Source of the DNA: Ginglymostoma cirratum
Taxonomy: Eukaryota
Direction: 5' to 3'
Length of the DNA stretch: 64,000 nt
NCBI GenBank assembly: GCA_024137785.1
Contig: JAHRHZ010000083.1
Span: forward strand, 1,319,308-1,383,307
Shown here: positions 10,571 through 25,212 of the stretch, one piece after another
Position numbering within the stretch: the first letter of the stretch is position 1
Layout: every line of letters begins with the position of its first letter
Notes under the pieces: model-generated
What the model was told of the DNA's origin: nothing
Database searches by the model: none
What the model saw: only the letters and a program-made list of their open reading frames with translations
Program-made: the position numbers and the translations under genes

Positions 10571-13154
10571 GTTAACTGGAAGCACCGTCTTCTGTGACTG
10601 ATTCCTTCTCATCAGACCAGTCTTTATTCATTGCTTCACTGAGGCATTGAATAGCAAAGTTCTGTAATGCAGGTGAGCTCGTTGCTGATGAGGGTGCGCT
10701 GTCACTTTGCAGGCCAGATATGAACATATAGGTATGTCCTTTACATAGTTAGGTGGAATCTGGCCAGACTAATCACACTTCATAAGTCAGCACAAAGAAA
10801 GTGTCAGCTGTGGAGAGTCCATGGACAGCCAGGCCTGTCAAAAACATGTTCCTGAATGGTACAGGGGATTGAGGGGTCTAGTTGGAACATCTTTGAAAAG
10901 ACATCACAGGAGGTTTGAAAGCTATAATCTTTCACTGACAATCTAGTTGCCTAGCGGAAGTTATGCCATTGAAAATCTGCTGACCCAGTCTTGTTACCCT
11001 TGCTTGCCAAAACATCTACCCAGATTCCACGTGTAATATTAGTAATAGTGATTAAAATTATACAAAATGTTGTAGAAATGTAAGATCACATGTAGGTGAA
11101 GCCTGAGAGAGCTTCTGATAAGATCCTGCAATAGTTCACCTTTTAAACAGTGTAAGTAGCAACAAATATTTATTAACTTATAATAGCACAGTTTCCAGCT
11201 CTCTCTTGTTGAAGACATAAACATCCCAATCTGGTCTTAATGCATGGTGGCAACTATCAGCAAACTGCTTTAAAAGGATCCCCATCAATGCTGAAAAAGT
11301 TGGGAAAGCTAAAAACCAATCAGCTCAGAACAGCAGACTCAAAAAAACACTATTTCTGCGAATGAATTGATACTGGAATCCCACAGCAGTTAAAAGTAGG
11401 TACACAGAGAATTGAAGAAAGCCTTCCTCCTCCCGTGCCCCTGGACCATATGGAGGGCTATAACCAGGCTACACAACTGTACCAATTGGCATAGCTGCCT
11501 CAGTGCTGCCACATCATCTCCAGAGTCAACAGGGATCCGGTCAGGGTGCTACTACATGACTGTATTAAAGAGGAGGCACTATTAAGAGTGAGTGCTGCCA
11601 AGCAGAGAACCTAAGATTGAAGTTACTGCTGTTAGGACAAGTAAAACCATAAAAGCATGCAGAAAAACCCCAGAATGGCAGACATTAGAGGCCAGGTGTG
11701 AAATTCTAGCATATCACTTCAGAGCAGGAGGAATTCTTTCTTTGATTCTTAAGGGTCTGACTACATTTAACCTCCTCCTTACAAAAAACACTTGCTTCAT
11801 AGCAAGTCTAAATAGCCCAAAACCAGTTGATGTTATAAATGTCTCTGATTATCACAAGTTTAACAAAATTGTTTTTATTTCTAATTGACATACCATAGTT
11901 TGTTTTGTAGTCTTCACAGAGTTAGTCTGTGCCTAAATTCGTTGAAGTTAACTAACTGTGGAGGCAAAGGTGTTTCATTTATCTTGGCCATCCCCAGTCT
12001 AGGTTAGTAAATATCACTTCATAGTTTTTATTCCTGAACATACTCCAGTTATTTCTGCTGGAAAGTGCACACATGCAAAAGGTCGCTTCAGACATAATGA
12101 GTCTGTAGTGTTTTACATGTCCTGGTGTGGGCTAACTTATGAAGAATGCCTACTTGTCTAAGGTATTGTAGGGTGACCTGGGTCTGGAGCACTGCACCAG
12201 AGTAGCAGCTGATGCTTCAGATAAAGAAAGTCAAAATCGGACCAAAACAAGTGCTTCCTGTATCTTACGTTAAGTTTTCTATCTTGATTCTGAATTGTGT
12301 TCATGCTTAAAACCCCATTGTTCTCTCATCTTTTGATTCAGGAAAAATTTAAGGATGTGACAAAGCAATAAGCTGTTCTTAAAACTTAATCAGTGACAAG
12401 GGAATGTGCTGTATTATTTGCAGTAGAGCAGCTATTTTTGTTGAATAAATGATAACAATATGTAGTGTTTTGGAACTTTAGAATGTGTAGATTTATTTTC
12501 TTGTCCCAAAATGTAAATAATTTGTAGATGTACCTTATTTTTAAGAGTAGTTGTATATTGCTTCTATTAATCTCTACAGGGAGCCTACAGAGCACAGCGC
12601 AGGTGAGAAAGCATTGGAGGGCCAACTGGAAGAGTTCTAAACAGGCACCCAGAGTGCTGCTTGCTGAGCTGCCATTCCAAACAATTTCTATCTTTTTGAA
12701 GAGTTGTGGGAGATTTCATTCTTTTCTGTTGGTTTAAAAAAAGATGGTAGTTGTAGAGTCAGTTTGATTCCCATCAAATATTAATCACCATTACACAATA
12801 CCTTTACAACTAGTGCAAATTAAAACCATCATTTGGGACACTTCCTGCTTTTTGCAGTATTCATCCTGCATTTTATCCACTTTTATTGAATCCCAACAAT
12901 GCAATATATGGATGACAAAAGAAAAATTAGATTATTTCAGCTTTTGATTGTTTTCAGGTCAATACATGAGAGCACACAGGACACTTTGAGACATCTCAGG
13001 CATCTATTTGTAATGGCACATCTGCATGCTGCTCATTCATTGCTGTTACATTTGTATAAATGGCAGAAATAGATTATAATTCAGACCTGTTGTGGTTCAC
13101 TTGGACTGGTACCTTGTATTTTGATTCTGTCGTGCGATGTGAGAATTTCTGACA

Positions 13155-13860
13155 AGGCCCTCTTTCCAATTTACTGGTGACTTGCAACTTTGAACTGTTG
13201 CAGTTCATGTGGTGTAGTTCTGTTTGAAAGGGAGTTCCAGAATTTGATCCAGTGACTGTGAAGGAGTGGTGGTACATTTCCAAATCAAGATGGTGTAGGA
13301 TTTGGCAAACTTAAGTGATGTTCCCATTTGCCTGTTGCCTTTGATGTCTAGGTAGTAAAGGTTGCAGATTTGGAAGGCGCTGCCAGAAAACCCTTAGTGA
13401 GTTACATAGTGCAGCTTTTAGATGGAATACTTTGCAGTTATTGTTCAGAGCAACTGCGTCGGCTGTCAACCATTGAGTTGTTTTAAAAGATGATGTTCGG
13501 CTTCTTGATTGTTTCTTTGGAGCTCCATTCACCCAGGCAAAATTATTCCATACACTGTTTCTTTATGCTTTGTAGATGGTTGATAGGTTTGGGAATTTGG
13601 GACCTTTGTGACCATAGTATTTATTTGGCTAGACCAGATAAATTTGCCAATGCCAGTTTCCAAATTTTGATGGTGGGAGATTCATTGAAGGTGTTGGTAA
13701 TGCAGTTAGTGTCAAGGAAGAGTGTTAAATTATTTAATTTGTTAGAGATGATCATTGTCTAGCAATTGTTGCCTCAGCCCTGAATGCTGCAGATCTTAGT
13801 GTGTATAGGAACTAATTGTTTCATTTTTGGAGGATGACATGTGGAACTGAACATTCAGTA
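13155..13860 (-). mobile_element. Decayed L2/CR1-group LINE fragment
   Basis: gggagttccagaatttgatccagtgactgtgaagg...gatgttcccatttgcctgttgcc; homologous to 10250-10570 and extending further 5'. Confidence 0.6.
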
Positions 13861-15345
13861 TTGAGATTTGATTGCTTCTGTAATTGCTGTGATGACCCAG
13901 CCCAAAGTTCCTATACATGCTCTGAATTCATCTGTCTTAGCTGTAAGACCCTTTGAATTGAAATAAATTCCATTAATCCCAAAAATGCTCCTTTAGAGAT
14001 ACACAAAACACCTCCGGGGTACCCAAAAGCACCTATGTACAGTACTCACGCTATCGGAAAACTGCTTTCTCTAACACTTCATTTCACTGTCACTTCCACT
14101 CCCAATTTGGAAAATCCAATAGCTGCTTCCTGGAGTTTTCATATACCCAATCTTAAATGTTCTCAGCTTTGAATGACCTCTTCAGGGATTTATCCAAGCT
14201 TTCTTGGTCTGGAACTGTTACCAAACTCCTTGCTCTAAGGTAATGTATTTTAAGTATCCTCTCCCTTTCTCAGGAGTACTGCTTTATATTCATTCAAGGC
14301 TTCTGCAGAACTGTCCCAAACATAAAGTTAAAAAAAAAACTTATTTAAAACCACTGGGTTTTGCCCCCAAAACACTTTTCTTAAAAAAAAATGTCCGGTA
14401 ATTTCTAACTGAAACCTTGATGCACAATTGTTTACCTGCTCAGTGTTAAACAACAGCCCATTAACAAAACCCATTAGTCTTGGAAGCTCACTGCCTATGA
14501 GTGGTGAATGCAGATTAAGCTGTGGCTTTCAAAATGGGCATTGGACAATCATCTGAAGAGTGCAAACATACAGTAATATGGAAAAAGTCACAGGAGTGAC
14601 AACCCTTGCTGAGAGTTCACACAGAAATAATGGGCTGATTGGCCTCTACCTGTGTAGTCGTTCTGTGATTCTATTTGATATATTTCTCAACAGTTGCATG
14701 AAATGGGCTGTTTAAGACCATGAAACCCAAGCCGGTCCACGCACTGTATTCTTTGCATTTGTTCGCAATGGCATCTATTATGTTGAAAGGGCTTCAGTAG
14801 CCACCTGTTTAGAAATGTTTGCAAAAAGCAAACTAATTTATCCATGATGTTTTTTCACAATCTATGGCATAAATAGGAAGCTATTTTCATGTCTTTTGGG
14901 GAGGATAGAATGTTTGAGTGTCTTGAAATGTAACCGGTGAGGAAAATAAGTTTGTGATTCTGAATGGAATTGAGGCATTAACATGCTGTTGAAAAGAGTG
15001 GTGGGTTGTGGACTTCTGCTTTCTGAGGAATCATTTCTGATTTCAGGTTTGCCATGGTGGGTACAAGCTTAATAGTTGCCCAAGATTCATCAAGGGCACT
15101 GCTTGAGGACTTTCTCAGTACAAAGCGTGAGAGTAAGATTGGTGGAGCTTAAAAGCAGATTGTGCACTTACCGAAGATGATGAAATTAGAAGCAATGTCA
15201 GTTTTTAAAATATCTGTGTCTGTGTATTAAAAGTAAAGTGAATGATATTCTGTTTTAAGTTGAAATTTACATTTAGTAAAATGTTTAATTCCATATTTTA
15301 GGATAATATTCAATAACGCTTGGCACAATATTTGTTTATCAGCAG

Positions 15346-15464
15346 GTTTATTCACTCATATTCTGTTGGATGAAGCTGCTCAAGCGATGGAGTGTGAGAC
15401 CATCATGCCTTTGGCACTAGCTAGTAGACACACAAGGATTGTCTTGGCCGGGGATCACATGCAG
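15346..15464 (+). CDS. HELZ: HELZ internal exon: helicase motif II (DEAAQ) and motif III (LAGDHMQ)
   Basis: Boundaries tcagcag|GTTTA ... ATGCAG|gtgagc. 119 nt, phase 1 to 0. Peptide (G)[39 protein letters not shown]. Absent from the ORF track. An alternative acceptor would start the exon at 15343. Confidence 0.95.
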
Positions 15465-18400
15465 GTGAGCAATCTATGGACCAAGTTTAAACTTCATTAG
15501 CAACTATATCAGGATATGAATTATAAAATTGCTTTTTATTTCTCATGATTGCAAACCTCTTGGCTTTTGTGTTCCTTATATTTCTGTGGCAACAGAAAAT
15601 GCCACAAGGCTATATTCATTTGTCCTTTTCTTGCAATTTAATTCACTGAGGCTTTGCAAGATGCTGTTTAGGTTCATCCTGATTTTGTAGCTCTTTTAAG
15701 TCAAAATAATGACTATCTTAGCAAAGACTGTAGTGGGTTGTCTTTCATTTGGAGTAAGTGTTCTTTTAAAAACCAGAAATTGTCAGTTCACTTCCAGGTC
15801 TAATATGCTGTGAATGGCTTATTCGTTTGATATAATTTTAATGCTGATACTGAATTTCTTCGCTCCATTCCACCACAATCCCACAGTCTTCCTTTTTAAG
15901 AAGCAACAGTTGGACTCATTAAGTTCGGTTGCACGGTGTCCGGATCTCGACTGAATTACCATCTGTTTAATTTCCTTTTTAAATTAACAATTTGGTTTTC
16001 TTAAAGCAAATTTTGATGACCTGATTCTCCCTAACATTGCCAGGGGAATAGTGTGTCCAGACAGCTTGGCTCTGCAATCAGCCTTTTTATGTAACATGAC
16101 AGTAACTGTTTATAAAAGAAGGAAAAACGCTGAAAAACTGGTTCCTGTTGCCGGATAGCACTCAATATTCCAGTGATAATTATGCATCAATGCCCTTTAA
16201 ATGAAAGTTTAATAGATAGAAAGTGCTTTCAAATGGACTTCATCTACAGGTTTTGAACAGATGCCACACGATCATTATGTGAAGGTTGGAGTTGGCAACT
16301 GTGGATAGTTGAATGCGTTTGAATTTGTTTCCAGAAATGCAAGTTTGCCAGGAGTTTCTTAACAAAGACTTACTTGGGATATTCTCAAATGTGTATGTCA
16401 TTTATGTCCAAGAAAGTCGCCTTTGTAAAACTGATGAATGGAATTTTTGCCAACTTCCTGACCATCTGTCAGATTAACGGGGATTTCTGGCTTACAAACC
16501 TGATGTAGGACAGGGGACTTTGAGTGATTTTTCTGAGTGGAGGGATTTTGGAAGGTATGGTCGATTAGGCATCTGCTATTACACCGCTGTGTTTTCGCTT
16601 TTTAGTCATCCTCATCATCCACCCAGATATATTCCCAATTCTTCCTCCAATTATGAAGAAAATGAGGGAAGCACTCTGCTTTTGCCAGTGTGGTTCTGTA
16701 ACTAAGTAACCTGGATATTTATTTATTTCTCCAGTTTTCTGATCAGGCACATAAGCTAAGCATAATTGGGGTAGGGGTAGAAAAGAAAGTTGATTATTGG
16801 AAATAATGAGGTCAAGTGGACTGAAGAGTCTTCATTACTATTGTTGCCTTGATTTCTTTTTTCTCCCTCAATTTACATTTATTTAATAGTTGCAAGGCTT
16901 CCTTCAGTGTATATGATAGTGATAAAACAGCATTGTGCAACTTTTTATATGTCAGTTTTCTGTATCGCTGGGCTTTCTTTTTAAGTGCCCTAGCTACAAA
17001 ACTGTTGCACACAAATTAAGCAGCAACAAAAGGCTATGATTTTATAGTGAGCATTGTCAGTGAATTCTGTGGTGGAACATTAACATGTTGGTAAATCTAT
17101 TTGTGGATTAGCATTGCCTGCATTTATTGCACATATCAGTCATGAATTAGTGTCTGCTGTCACAACTTCTTATTTGTAAATGGCAGATTTGAAGGAAATT
17201 TTTAAGGAACTGAACTGCTGAAAAATGTATTTGCAGTCATGTATTTGCCATTGTAGCATCATAAAAGACTTCACCAACAAGTAGAGCAGAAAGCATTGTG
17301 AAAAACCATCAACAATTTATGATTGCACTTCTAAAATGTTTGAAACTTTCATCTGTATTTTCCGTCCCTTCATGAAATTTCTGTTTTTGAACTTGAACAA
17401 CTGAAAGAATTTTCTCAATTCTGATCCCCAAAATCATTTATGTTTGTATTTTTCTTCAACTTTGCATTGTTTTGTATTTTTCAACATTATCTTACAGAAC
17501 TATAATCACTGGATGTAATTTATACCTTGTGTGTTCCAAAGCGTTTTGGCTGATGTAATACTAGATCACCTGGCTTCACATTCGGTCTCCATCATTTGTA
17601 CTTGAGCTTCTAATGGGTTGATATTTTCTCTGTCTGCAAAAGTTGCAAAATAGTGACACAATTGGTGGGAATAGGAGCAATTAGTTTTCCCTTTTTCTTA
17701 ATTGCTACTATTTGACAGAAGAATAATAGTAGCCTTGGGGATACTTGTGATCATCCACTCATCTCACATAGCCTGTCGGTTGGCTGACTGGAGTTTATAG
17801 TGGCGGATGAATAAATGATGAATTTTCACTGGTCAATATATCCACGCTATCATAGAAGTTACAGCTATTACCATCATGACTGATACAACTTTTTGAAAAA
17901 AGGTTTCCCTCACTATAATTAGAATCACTTGCCAGTTTGCATGGCATTTAGTGTTCTGTGAATTTCTTCATGCTTAATAATTCAAGGTGGCAGTCTCTAG
18001 TCACCATTTTCTAATGTTATTTTTACAGTCAAACTTTTCTAAAGTCAATATCAATAGAAAAATTACTACTAAAGCCTCTTTTTGATCAATTGTTTAATAA
18101 AGTGCAGAATAGACTGGAATTTTCAGTGAAAAATATTTTTAATCTATGTGAAATAAACGTGTCGCGTCAGTTTCAAAAGTCAGTGTTCATTTTGATGCTC
18201 ATTGTTAATTTGCTTGAATCAGCATAATATACATTCTGTATCCTTGTTGTTTGAAGTTATTTTGTTAAAAATAACACTGTCTCGGAAGTAGAAGCAGAAA
18301 TTGAAATAAGTTTTACACATCAGTTCTGACTAAGTTTATTTTTGTAAATGCTACTCCAGCACTGTTTGCAGTTAGTTCTTAACTCCCTTTTCTTCAAAAG

Positions 18401-18670
18401 TAGCTAATTGTTTCCCAATCAATGATCACAATGACCAAGGCCTGGAGAATTCCATTTCCTCCTGATCATGTCCTGTGATCTCTATTGTCCATTACCTTGC
18501 TTTGTATTAACCTGTAATCTGGTTTAAATTTCCAGGCACAATAACCTCTTCCTGTTTTAACCAGTGTAACAATGATATATGTAAGGAAAGTTTATAAAAG
18601 CAGAACATCAGAAATAAAATTATTCTTGCCTTATAACTTTTTGTTCAGCAAAGTACAAATTTAAAAATAG

Positions 18671-18844
<174 letters not shown>

Positions 18845-20266
18845 TAGGTACTTGAATTTACCACATTTCTTTGGTGTATGACTCAATTGAGTTAGTTCTG
18901 GTGATGTTGGAAGGGTTTGCTCTAAGTAAGATACTTGGAGCTTCCATACCTGATTGAGACAACTGAATTAATTTGCCCAATTGCCTTTATGTTTGCATCT
19001 TCTTTGTTAATATATCTTCCTCCCAGTGATGTCGTTCAATTTTTAACAAGGTTGCTTGCTGACTGACAAATACTCCTCAACCTGGGCTGATATTTTGCTG
19101 GTTCTAAAACAGGAATAGTGACTGTTCTAAAATGCCCGATAATAAGTGAGACTGTCCAATTGTCTGTTTTTCGAAGGAGTAGGGTACAATACAAGTAGAG
19201 CACAAAGTGTTTCACCACATTGAATTAATATTTGGTCATTACCAAAATATTCACTTTGCAATAAACCTTTCATCACAGTCCAACCTAAACATATAGTTCC
19301 AATGTAGTTGCAGTTTTTGCAGCAATAGTTAACAATAAAACTTCATTCTGATATTATTTTTCTAGAAAGAAATTCACGAAATGAAACTGACATACCTGTA
19401 GTTTAGAAGTAACTTTTCAATCCCCTTGCCTATTCTGCATGAAGTGCGAGGATTGAGCTAAGTTGTTGACACTGCTGTATCTGCTCATGATTTATCATCT
19501 CAATAATCTCCTAAACCTTATCGAAACCTATCTCTTCGACCACACTTGCAGTCATCGCATCTAATTTTACTGTGGCTTTGCATCCACTCCATCACTATCA
19601 ATTACCTTGTGACATTGACCATATAGTGGGTAATTACAGACTGTTCACTTTAATTAATCATTGGGTGTATTTTGTGCTGAGCATCTGACAACTGAGAGAT
19701 ATCACTTTGCCTCCAACTATGTTTATGCATAATGCAGAAGTTAAGCCATGTTTGCAGAAACAATGGTAATTGCATTTTGGCTAGACCCTAGGAATGTGAT
19801 TTGCACAAGAATATGTTTTCGTTGGGAAGCGAACAATTTAAATGTTTGGATTTTTAGGTTATGCGTTTTCAAATTTTACTTCATAAAAGCAACGTGTGGC
19901 TAAACTTTACTTAACACTTGTAAGTTAATGTGTTAAGGATTGCATTATTGGGTATCGGCTTTGAGATGGCAAGGATGGATTTTTATTTAGCATCACAGTT
20001 ATAATATAGGGTTGGGTGTGTTGTAAATTAATTCACTTTTCCTGAGAGAGGTAATAAATAATCAGAAGTTCAAGAAGATATTTTCGATATTTTTTAAACA
20101 GAATCAGTAAGGTGTTAGATGGAAAGTTAAACTTGATTCAAAATAAACTTATTCAGCGCAGTTTTTTTTTGGTTTTGTTATTTGTAATTTATATGCTAAA
20201 TCAACAAATAATGAGAACCCACTGGTATTTCAGAGGCTCTGCTTAATGAAATTTAACCACATTTAA

Positions 20267-20575
<309 letters not shown>

Positions 20576-21189
20576 TAATGAAGTTATCCATTGAGCGAAT
20601 CTCCACCCTGAATTGATTAAAGGAGACTTATGTGGAACAAATCATACATTCTTACAGTGAAGCTTTGGCCTGTGGTATGAAATTCTGGAAGCTTTCCTTG
20701 GTTTTGAAATTAAACTTATTGAGTTTATTTCTGTTCAGTGATGCTTCCACTTGAAGTTCAACATTGATCCAATAATTTTTTAAATCTCTGTTTTCTCCCC
20801 ATATCCTACGAAGATATGAACTCATTGCTGTCATGAGTGTGCAGGTTCACGAAGACACCTTGGTTTTTTTCAAGCTCCCAATCATGACTGTATGGAGATG
20901 ATGTGACTAATATTAGTAGGGCTTGGCTGTGCACAAACTGGCTGCTTATAAAACACTGCTGAGGTTCAAAAGTTGTATTTTCGCATTCACACCCTCTCAG
21001 CCTCTCCTCCCTATTTTAACAAACTGAAATGATGAAGATAATCGTAGTTTAGCATGATTGTATTCACATTGGATCAACATCTAACATCAGGTCACTGAGT
21101 TGACTTGTAGCTGTTGTAACCTGGGTGGGATCAGCTCAGTCAGGATTATCTTATCGTTTGTGCTCAGTTACGCACTGATTTTAGGATTT

Positions 21190-21510
21190 ACCTCTGTTTG
21201 AGTGAGCTCTATGATCTCAGTTGTGTTCATCTTTGTATGATCGATGCTGAGAGGATGTTTCCTGTCAGAGAATCTAAAACTCGGCATAGTTTCAAAAAGT
21301 GGGATCTTCCATTTAAAAGTAAGGGTTTTTGATGTTTGGAATTTATTCTCCCCAGTGAACAATGGAGGCTGAGTTATTGAATATGCACAGTTGGACCGAT
21401 TTTTGATTGACGAGGGAACCCAGGCTTTTGAGGAGCAGATGGGAGTGGAATTTAAGCCACAATCAGATTATCCATGATCTTATTAAATGGTGCAGCTGGC
21501 TTAAGAGACA
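21190..21510 (+). mobile_element. CR1 3' end fragment
   Basis: gagaggatgtttcc...tggaatttattctcccc...atcagattatccatgatcttattaaatgg. Confidence 0.65.
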
Positions 21511-21514
21511 TTGA

Positions 21515-21850
21515 GTCACACAGCATGGATACAGACCCTTAAGCCCAGCCAATCCACACCACCCACATTCTTGAACTAAACTAGTCCCACTTGCTTGCAT
21601 TTGGCCCATATCCCTCCAAATTTTTCCTATTCATGTACTTGTCCAAATATCTTTTAAACGTTGTAACTGTATCTAGATGTACCACTTCTACACGAACCAC
21701 TCTGTGTAAAAAAAGTTGCCCCTGATGTCTTTGTTAAGCCTTTCTCCTTTCACCTTAAAAATATGCCCCCTAGTTTTGAACTCACCCACCCTAGCAAAAA
21801 GACCCTTGTCATTCACTTTATCCATGCCCCTCATGATCTTATAAACCTCA
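21515..21850 (-). mobile_element. CR1 3' end fragment, tail-to-tail with the previous copy
   Basis: cagcatggatacagaccctt...ctagtcccacttgcttgcatttggcccatatccctc...atgcccctcatgatcttataaacctc. Confidence 0.8.
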
Positions 21851-23394
21851 ATAGCCTCCCATCCCTTATGCTTGGAAGGGTTTTATCTTAAATTCAAGTA
21901 TATTCTGAACACAGCAACAAAAACAAATGTCAGTAACAAAAATGTGAGCATTGATGTTTAGCTTTACTGATTGTTATATCTCCCCATAAAGCTGAACTTC
22001 TGCTCTGAATGTAAATACCTGTGGTCAGATGGAAGACTCACCCATATTGTCTGAATATAATCACTTCATGCCAAGTTCAATATTTGCTCGCGGCACTAAA
22101 AAAATGGAGTTAAGCCACTAAAATAATATTTGATGAGGTTTAGCAACCTAGTTTGGAATAGCTGAAGCTGGGAGTGATTAGTTGGCCTCGTCATGATATT
22201 TGTGTCATCGCCATTTTATCAAGTTGAGAGAAAAGGTTATATGGTGTTCTGCCTGTATTGCAGTCATTGTTAGTTCCAAGGCTGGAATTAGTAACTTGAC
22301 AGCAGAGGGGGCATTAGTACAGTCATTTCAAAACTGATGACTGCACCATGTTTAACTAAATGATATCAGCTGTTGGATTTCTTTGTGAAAATGTTGGAGT
22401 TTTTCTATTGTGATATATTGATCTTGCTGTTTAATAAGTTAAGGTGCTTCAAACTTTAGGTTGTGCTGAGGAACAATGTGAAATACTTAATATAATAAAA
22501 ATAGTTATCGCTTATTAAAAATTTAGTACAGAGATGCCTTGAAGTTCGAATGTTTAGTGATGCAAATACATGTAAAAAAAATTCTGGTTTTCTTTTAGTG
22601 TGGGTGCAGAGACATCCCCTGGCATTGCATGGCAAAAAATAAAGAAAATACTTAGTTAATTCATATCTAAATACTTAGAAGTCTGAATATTTCATACAAT
22701 TGTAGTGATTGTTGTTTCAGCAGTGATCCTCAATGGCATGAATGGTCACTATGTTGGATTAGGTGGTATGCAGAGAGAAATGCTGACCAGTGCACAGAAC
22801 ATGTTCCCCTTGAAAGAATAGTCTTGGATTTTTTACTGTCAATTGGATTGGGCATACTGGATCACACTGATTTTTGCCATTCTTTTGAAATGATCTTATT
22901 CCCTCCATGCTGTGTTACAGTTTCAGCCTAGAGCATGTGCTAAAATTCCTTTAACAATCCATCCAAGTTGTCACTTTGCTGGAAAGAGGATTGATGAAAT
23001 TGTCTCAACAAATTCATCAATAAATTAACAGAAAAATGTCAGTCTGTGGAGTTGTGCTTGGCACAAGTCACCCGCCAATCAAGTCACCTTCCAGGTAAGG
23101 ACACAGACTGGCAGTGACCTGCTCCAAACCAAACCGATATATCAACCATCAAATAGGGCCAGTTACTTGGGAACATTGCTTTTTTCCCTCTGCCTTTGAG
23201 CCTTTGCCTCAGCTATTAAACACATTTCCCAGTTTCATTATGAACCATAGCAGGAAAATACTCTATCTTTTACTGCACCTTCTGTGAGTACCTGTGAAAC
23301 TTCATAAAAAAGTGTTTGAAAATCAAATAAGCATGAACAGAATCAGTTTGATAGACCTGGAAACCAGAAAGTCTGCAGTGCTATTCCTGGCATT

Positions 23395-23752
23395 GAATAG
23401 AATGGAATGGAATGGAATACAATCCTTACAATGTGGAAGCAGGCCATTTGACCCATCAAGCCCACACTGACCCTTTGAAGATCATCCCACTCAGACCCAC
23501 CCCAACCTTGTAACCCTGCATTTCTCCTGGCTAACCAACCTAGTTACACATCCATGAACACTGGGCAATTTAGCATGGCCAGGCCACCTATACTGTACAT
23601 CTTTGGACTGAGACAAAACTGGAGCACCCTGAAGAAACCCACACAGACATGGGAACAGTGTGCAGACTCCACACAGACTGTTGCCCGAGGCTGGAATCGA
23701 ACCCAGGTCCCTGGTGCTGTGAGGCAGCAGTGCTAACCGCTGAGCCACCATG
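23395..23752 (-). mobile_element. HE1-like tRNA-derived SINE with (ATTCC)n tail
   Basis: Minus strand begins catggtggctcagcggttagcactgctgcctcacagc...ggttcgattcc, followed by the V-domain. GAATG repeats lie at 23395-23420. Confidence 0.9.
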
Positions 23753-24551
23753 ATATTAATCTTAGCAGTTCAGACTGTCTAATTGGTTTAGCTCCTAATG
23801 GGAATTACTTAAGGTCCCCATTTATGTTCACCTTCCAGAGACTCTTCCAGCATGTTAGCATCTCTAGACATTGTGTGCGTTTGTTAAACTGCTTCTTGTA
23901 TAAATAGCTCATTTGAGTGAGATCTTGAAATTATTTTGATTCTAATTTTTGTTGCTTAATGCAAGTGTTTTATATCATCGAAACTTGTGCTATTTAACAG
24001 AACTAATTTCTGGTTGCCAATTAAATTCAAACCTTTCAGTTTTGGTTCCCTATATGTTCTGTTCAATGTGGAGTGATTTATCTTGGGGTGACAGTGACAG
24101 AAAAATCAAATCGTGTCTAAATTTGCTGAATCAAATTTGTAGCATTTCATATCCAAAAATATGTTTCCATTGAGCCTTTGCTAAGTTGTGACAATACTTG
24201 ATGAGAATGGTTGGTTGTAAAGCCAACCTTTTTTGGGCATACTAACTTTACGAATCATGGAACATTGTGGTGTTTCAGTTTTGAGATGTACTTTATCATA
24301 CAGTTAATTGATAACAGTAGTGCAACTCTGTGGTTGAACTTTATTTATATTTAATCCCAAACTGGTTTGACACAAAATTATCAGTTAGCTGCTGCAGTTG
24401 AGTAGCTGTCATGTCATGGAATTTACTTTGCATATTGTTCAGCATAGTTGGGCTGATGAATGAAACTTTGAATATCTTCAAATGTAGAGGTTGCACTTCT
24501 GTTCTTTAATGTTAAGATGCAATGACTAAAATCATACCTTGTCCCTCCTAA

Positions 24552-24758
<207 letters not shown>

Positions 24759-24829
24759 TAAAGTGAAGTTGCTTTTCGTTTTGGTTCTGTTGTTGTGAAC
24801 CATGGGAAATTGTCTCATTTAGGGTGAGA

Positions 24830-25212
24830 GGGATCACAATGAAGCTAACAGAATACTGAGATAGAGTGGACACGGAGAAGATGTTTCCACTAGTAAGAGA
24901 GACTAGGACTTAAGGACACAGTCTCAGAATGAAGGGTGTGACCCTTTAGAACTGAACTGAGGAGGAATTTCTTTATCCAGAGTGTGGTAAATCTCTGGAA
25001 CTCACACCACAGAAGGCTATGGAGACCATGTCATTGAGTGTCTTTAGGACACTTAAGTTCTTGATTAGTAAGAGGATCGAAGGTTACGGGGAGAATGCAG
25101 GAGAATAACATTGAGAAACATATCAACCAAGATCAAATGGTGGAGCAGGGCCAGTGGGCTGAATGACCTAACTCGGGTCCTGCATCTTACAGTCCAATGT
25201 CTTATGGTCTTA
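24830..25212 (+). mobile_element. CR1 3' end, ~90 bp downstream of a HELZ exon
   Basis: gatagagtggacacggagaagatgtttcc...gaggaggaatttctttatccagagtgtggtaaatctctggaactc...tcttatggtctta. Confidence 0.8.

Noticed and set aside
10681-10720. CTGATGA followed by a short stem as another hammerhead
   Set aside because: No downstream GAAA core or stem I complement.
21029-21100. ATGATGA...CTGA pair as a C/D box snoRNA (also 17815-17883)
   Set aside because: No convincing terminal stem, internal boxes or recognisable rRNA-complementary guide.
23680-23752. tRNA gene
   Set aside because: A and B boxes are present, but the sequence continues into a SINE body and lacks a complete cloverleaf.
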